Origin: an uncultured Candidatus Binatia bacterium
Lineage (GTDB): Bacteria; Desulfobacterota; Binatia; UBA9968; CAXXLF01
Direction of reading: 5' to 3'
DNA: 64,000 nt
Assembly: GCA_965218425.1 (NCBI GenBank)
Contig: OZ244621.1
Location: 512,001 to 576,000, forward strand
The notes below the pieces were generated by a model. It saw only the letters and a program-made list of their open reading frames with translations. It made no database searches and was not told where the DNA came from. Numbering within the stretch: position 1 is the first letter of the stretch; the number at the start of each line of letters is the position of its first letter. Both the position numbers and the translations under genes were made by a program. Of the stretch, positions 62,089-64,000 are shown piece by piece.

Positions 62089-63705
62089 TTACACGGTCTT
62101 TGTCCGAGGCGTTCCTTCAAACTTTCCCAGGCGTTTGAGGGGCCCCACGGGAGACCGAAGTTTTCGAAGTGCCTTCTCCTCGATCTGCCGAATCCGCTCA
62201 CGGGTAAGTGAAAATCTCTCCGCCAACTCCTTAAGCGTGTGGTCACGTGCCATGCCGATACCGAATCGCAAACGTAGAACCACTTCTTGCCTAGGCGGTA
62301 GAGTGGCCAAGGCTTTTTTTATCTTCACACCAAGGTTCGCCTCCATGGCCCGTTCCAAGGGTTTTAAGGCCTGCTTGTCTTCCACGAAGTCGGAAAGAAG
62401 CCCCTCTCCATTTTCGCCACTGGGTGCGTCCAGAGACACAGGCTCTGATTCCAGCTTCATCACCCTGCGAACTTCCTTGAGAGGAAGGCCCATTTCCTTG
62501 GCAATTTCCTCGGGGAGCGGTTCCCGTCCAAGTCTTTCCACGAGACATCGAAACGTGCGAACCAGTTTAGTCCTTTCCTCGATGACGTGAACTGGTATCC
62601 GAATGGTTCGCCCTGAATTAAAAATGTCCCTTCTAATGGCCTGACGAATCCACCAGTTCGCATAAGTCGAAAAACGATATCCGAGCCGGTAATCAAATTT
62701 TTCCACAGCCCTCATCAAACCGATGTTTCCTTCTTGGACCAGATCCAGGAACTGAAGCCCGCTGTTCGCATACCTTTTTGCAAGACTAACCACCAGGCGC
62801 AAATTGGCCTGGGTCAGTCGTTTCTTCGCCACATCCGCTTTTTGTTCCCCTTCCAGAATGGAGTTCACTTGAAGTCCGAGTTCCTCCTTTGAGGTCTTCA
62901 ACTGGCTTTCAATGGCTCCCACGGATGAGAGAATCTCGTTCCGGGATTTTGTTTTCTTACAACTACGAGTCTTACTTTCCAGTTCAGTCAACCGGGAGTA
63001 AGAACCCTTCAATCTCTCGGCAATCCTTTGAATCTCAACTTTCGAAAGGCCGAGGCCCGCAATCCATTGAGTTGCTCGTCCCCTCTTTCTTGCGATTTCC
63101 TTTTCAAATTGGACCTTGCGTCGCAGCGAGATTTTCCCTCTTCCCAATACTCCCTGAGCCGCAGCAATTTCTCGGTGGAGCCTACGGAGCTTTGTAATGG
63201 TTGCCAAGAAGCGCTTGCGGAGAGAGATTTCGCTGTCCCCGCCGACCGAGGGGCCCGAGGAATCGTCACCGTCGGCAGTCTCCATTAATACGTGACACAC
63301 GTTGAGCTCATCATTCGCAATTTTATCGCCCAGTTCAAGGACGTATAGCAATGCCATCGTCGATGAAAGCACGGCCGTATGAATCTGGATCTCCCCTTCT
63401 TCGATTTGCCTCGCTACTTCCACCTCACCCTCGCGTGTGAGGAGAGGAACGGACCCGATTTCACGAAGGTACAGCTCAACCGTACTGCTACCCTGGGCAA
63501 TTCCCTCATCGTGGTCTTTTTCTAACTCATCTCCTTCACCTTCGCCATTGGACTTGGAAGAGTCGGTGCCCAAAAGATCTTCCTGTTCCTCCATCACCGC
63601 GAAATCGGGAACAGAAAGAGATGAAGGGACGTCCTCTATTCCACTCTCCAATCCCTGGGAAACCTCATCTTGACCGCCGTTATGCTTAATTACTATTCCC
63701 ATCAC
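62089..63705 (-). CDS. RpoD-like sigma70 factor lacking a recognisable region 1.1
   Basis: [43 protein letters not shown]. Confidence 0.9.
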   Translation of the reverse strand: MMGIVIKHNGGQDEVSQGLESGIEDVPSSLSVPDFAVMEEQEDLLGTDSSKSNGEGEGDELEKDHDEGIAQGSSTVELYLREIGSVPLLTREGEVEVARQIEEGEIQIHTAVLSSTMALLYVLELGDKIANDELNVCHVLMETADGDDSSGPSVGGDSEISLRKRFLATITKLRRLHREIAAAQGVLGRGKISLRRKVQFEKEIARKRGRATQWIAGLGLSKVEIQRIAERLKGSYSRLTELESKTRSCKKTKSRNEILSSVGAIESQLKTSKEELGLQVNSILEGEQKADVAKKRLTQANLRLVVSLAKRYANSGLQFLDLVQEGNIGLMRAVEKFDYRLGYRFSTYANWWIRQAIRRDIFNSGRTIRIPVHVIEERTKLVRTFRCLVERLGREPLPEEIAKEMGLPLKEVRRVMKLESEPVSLDAPSGENGEGLLSDFVEDKQALKPLERAMEANLGVKIKKALATLPPRQEVVLRLRFGIGMARDHTLKELAERFSLTRERIRQIEEKALRKLRSPVGPLKRLGKFEGTPRTKTV

Positions 63706-64000
63706 TCCCCTCTTTGCTTTCCATTGCTTTTAAGAGCCACAGGTAGATACGCACAGTTCGCTGTTCCATCCGAAACGAACCATCCCATCTACAGGGTAAC
63801 GATCATTGAGTGTCGTCGCCACGATTCCCAGTAATATAGATCTAAAAGGTCTACGTTGCAAGTCTTAATTCAAACATTTTCAGACCCCAATTCACAGCAC
63901 GGAATTTGGAAAAACAGTCATTTCAGGCTAATCGTCTTTAGGTGCGTATCTGTTCCCTGTTGCCAAGTGCAACGAAAATCGCCTTTGCCCTGGGGCTGGG

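Overview
A 64-kb bacterial chromosomal segment. Gene content and order suggest a deltaproteobacterial-type lineage, possibly Ca. Binatia (inference only). A conserved core block at about 28.5-49.5 kb holds tRNA-Leu(TAA), murJ, rpsT, lptE-leuS, nusB-rib genes-nrdR-glyA-rpiB, acpP-fabG-fabD-plsX-rpmF-yceD and queG. Accessory regions on both sides are strewn with gene remnants. The main accessory modules are a MIP channel-GMC oxidoreductase-glucose 1-dehydrogenase-VOC-GH15-mutarotase sugar/redox cluster, a thiolase-like/DUF35/2x CoA-transferase III/TctC cluster, and a metH-ABC-SagB-like-Rieske-grxD-sigma70 region. Three intact ORFs have lost canonical catalytic or cofactor residues: the RibB half of RibBA, the [2Fe-2S] ligands of a Rieske oxygenase next to grxD, and the whole triad of an HtrA-like protein. 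fabH, fabF and holA are absent from their usual positions. I saw no CRISPR array, rRNA, integrase or transposase. All family calls are by-eye motif recognition; no searches were run.
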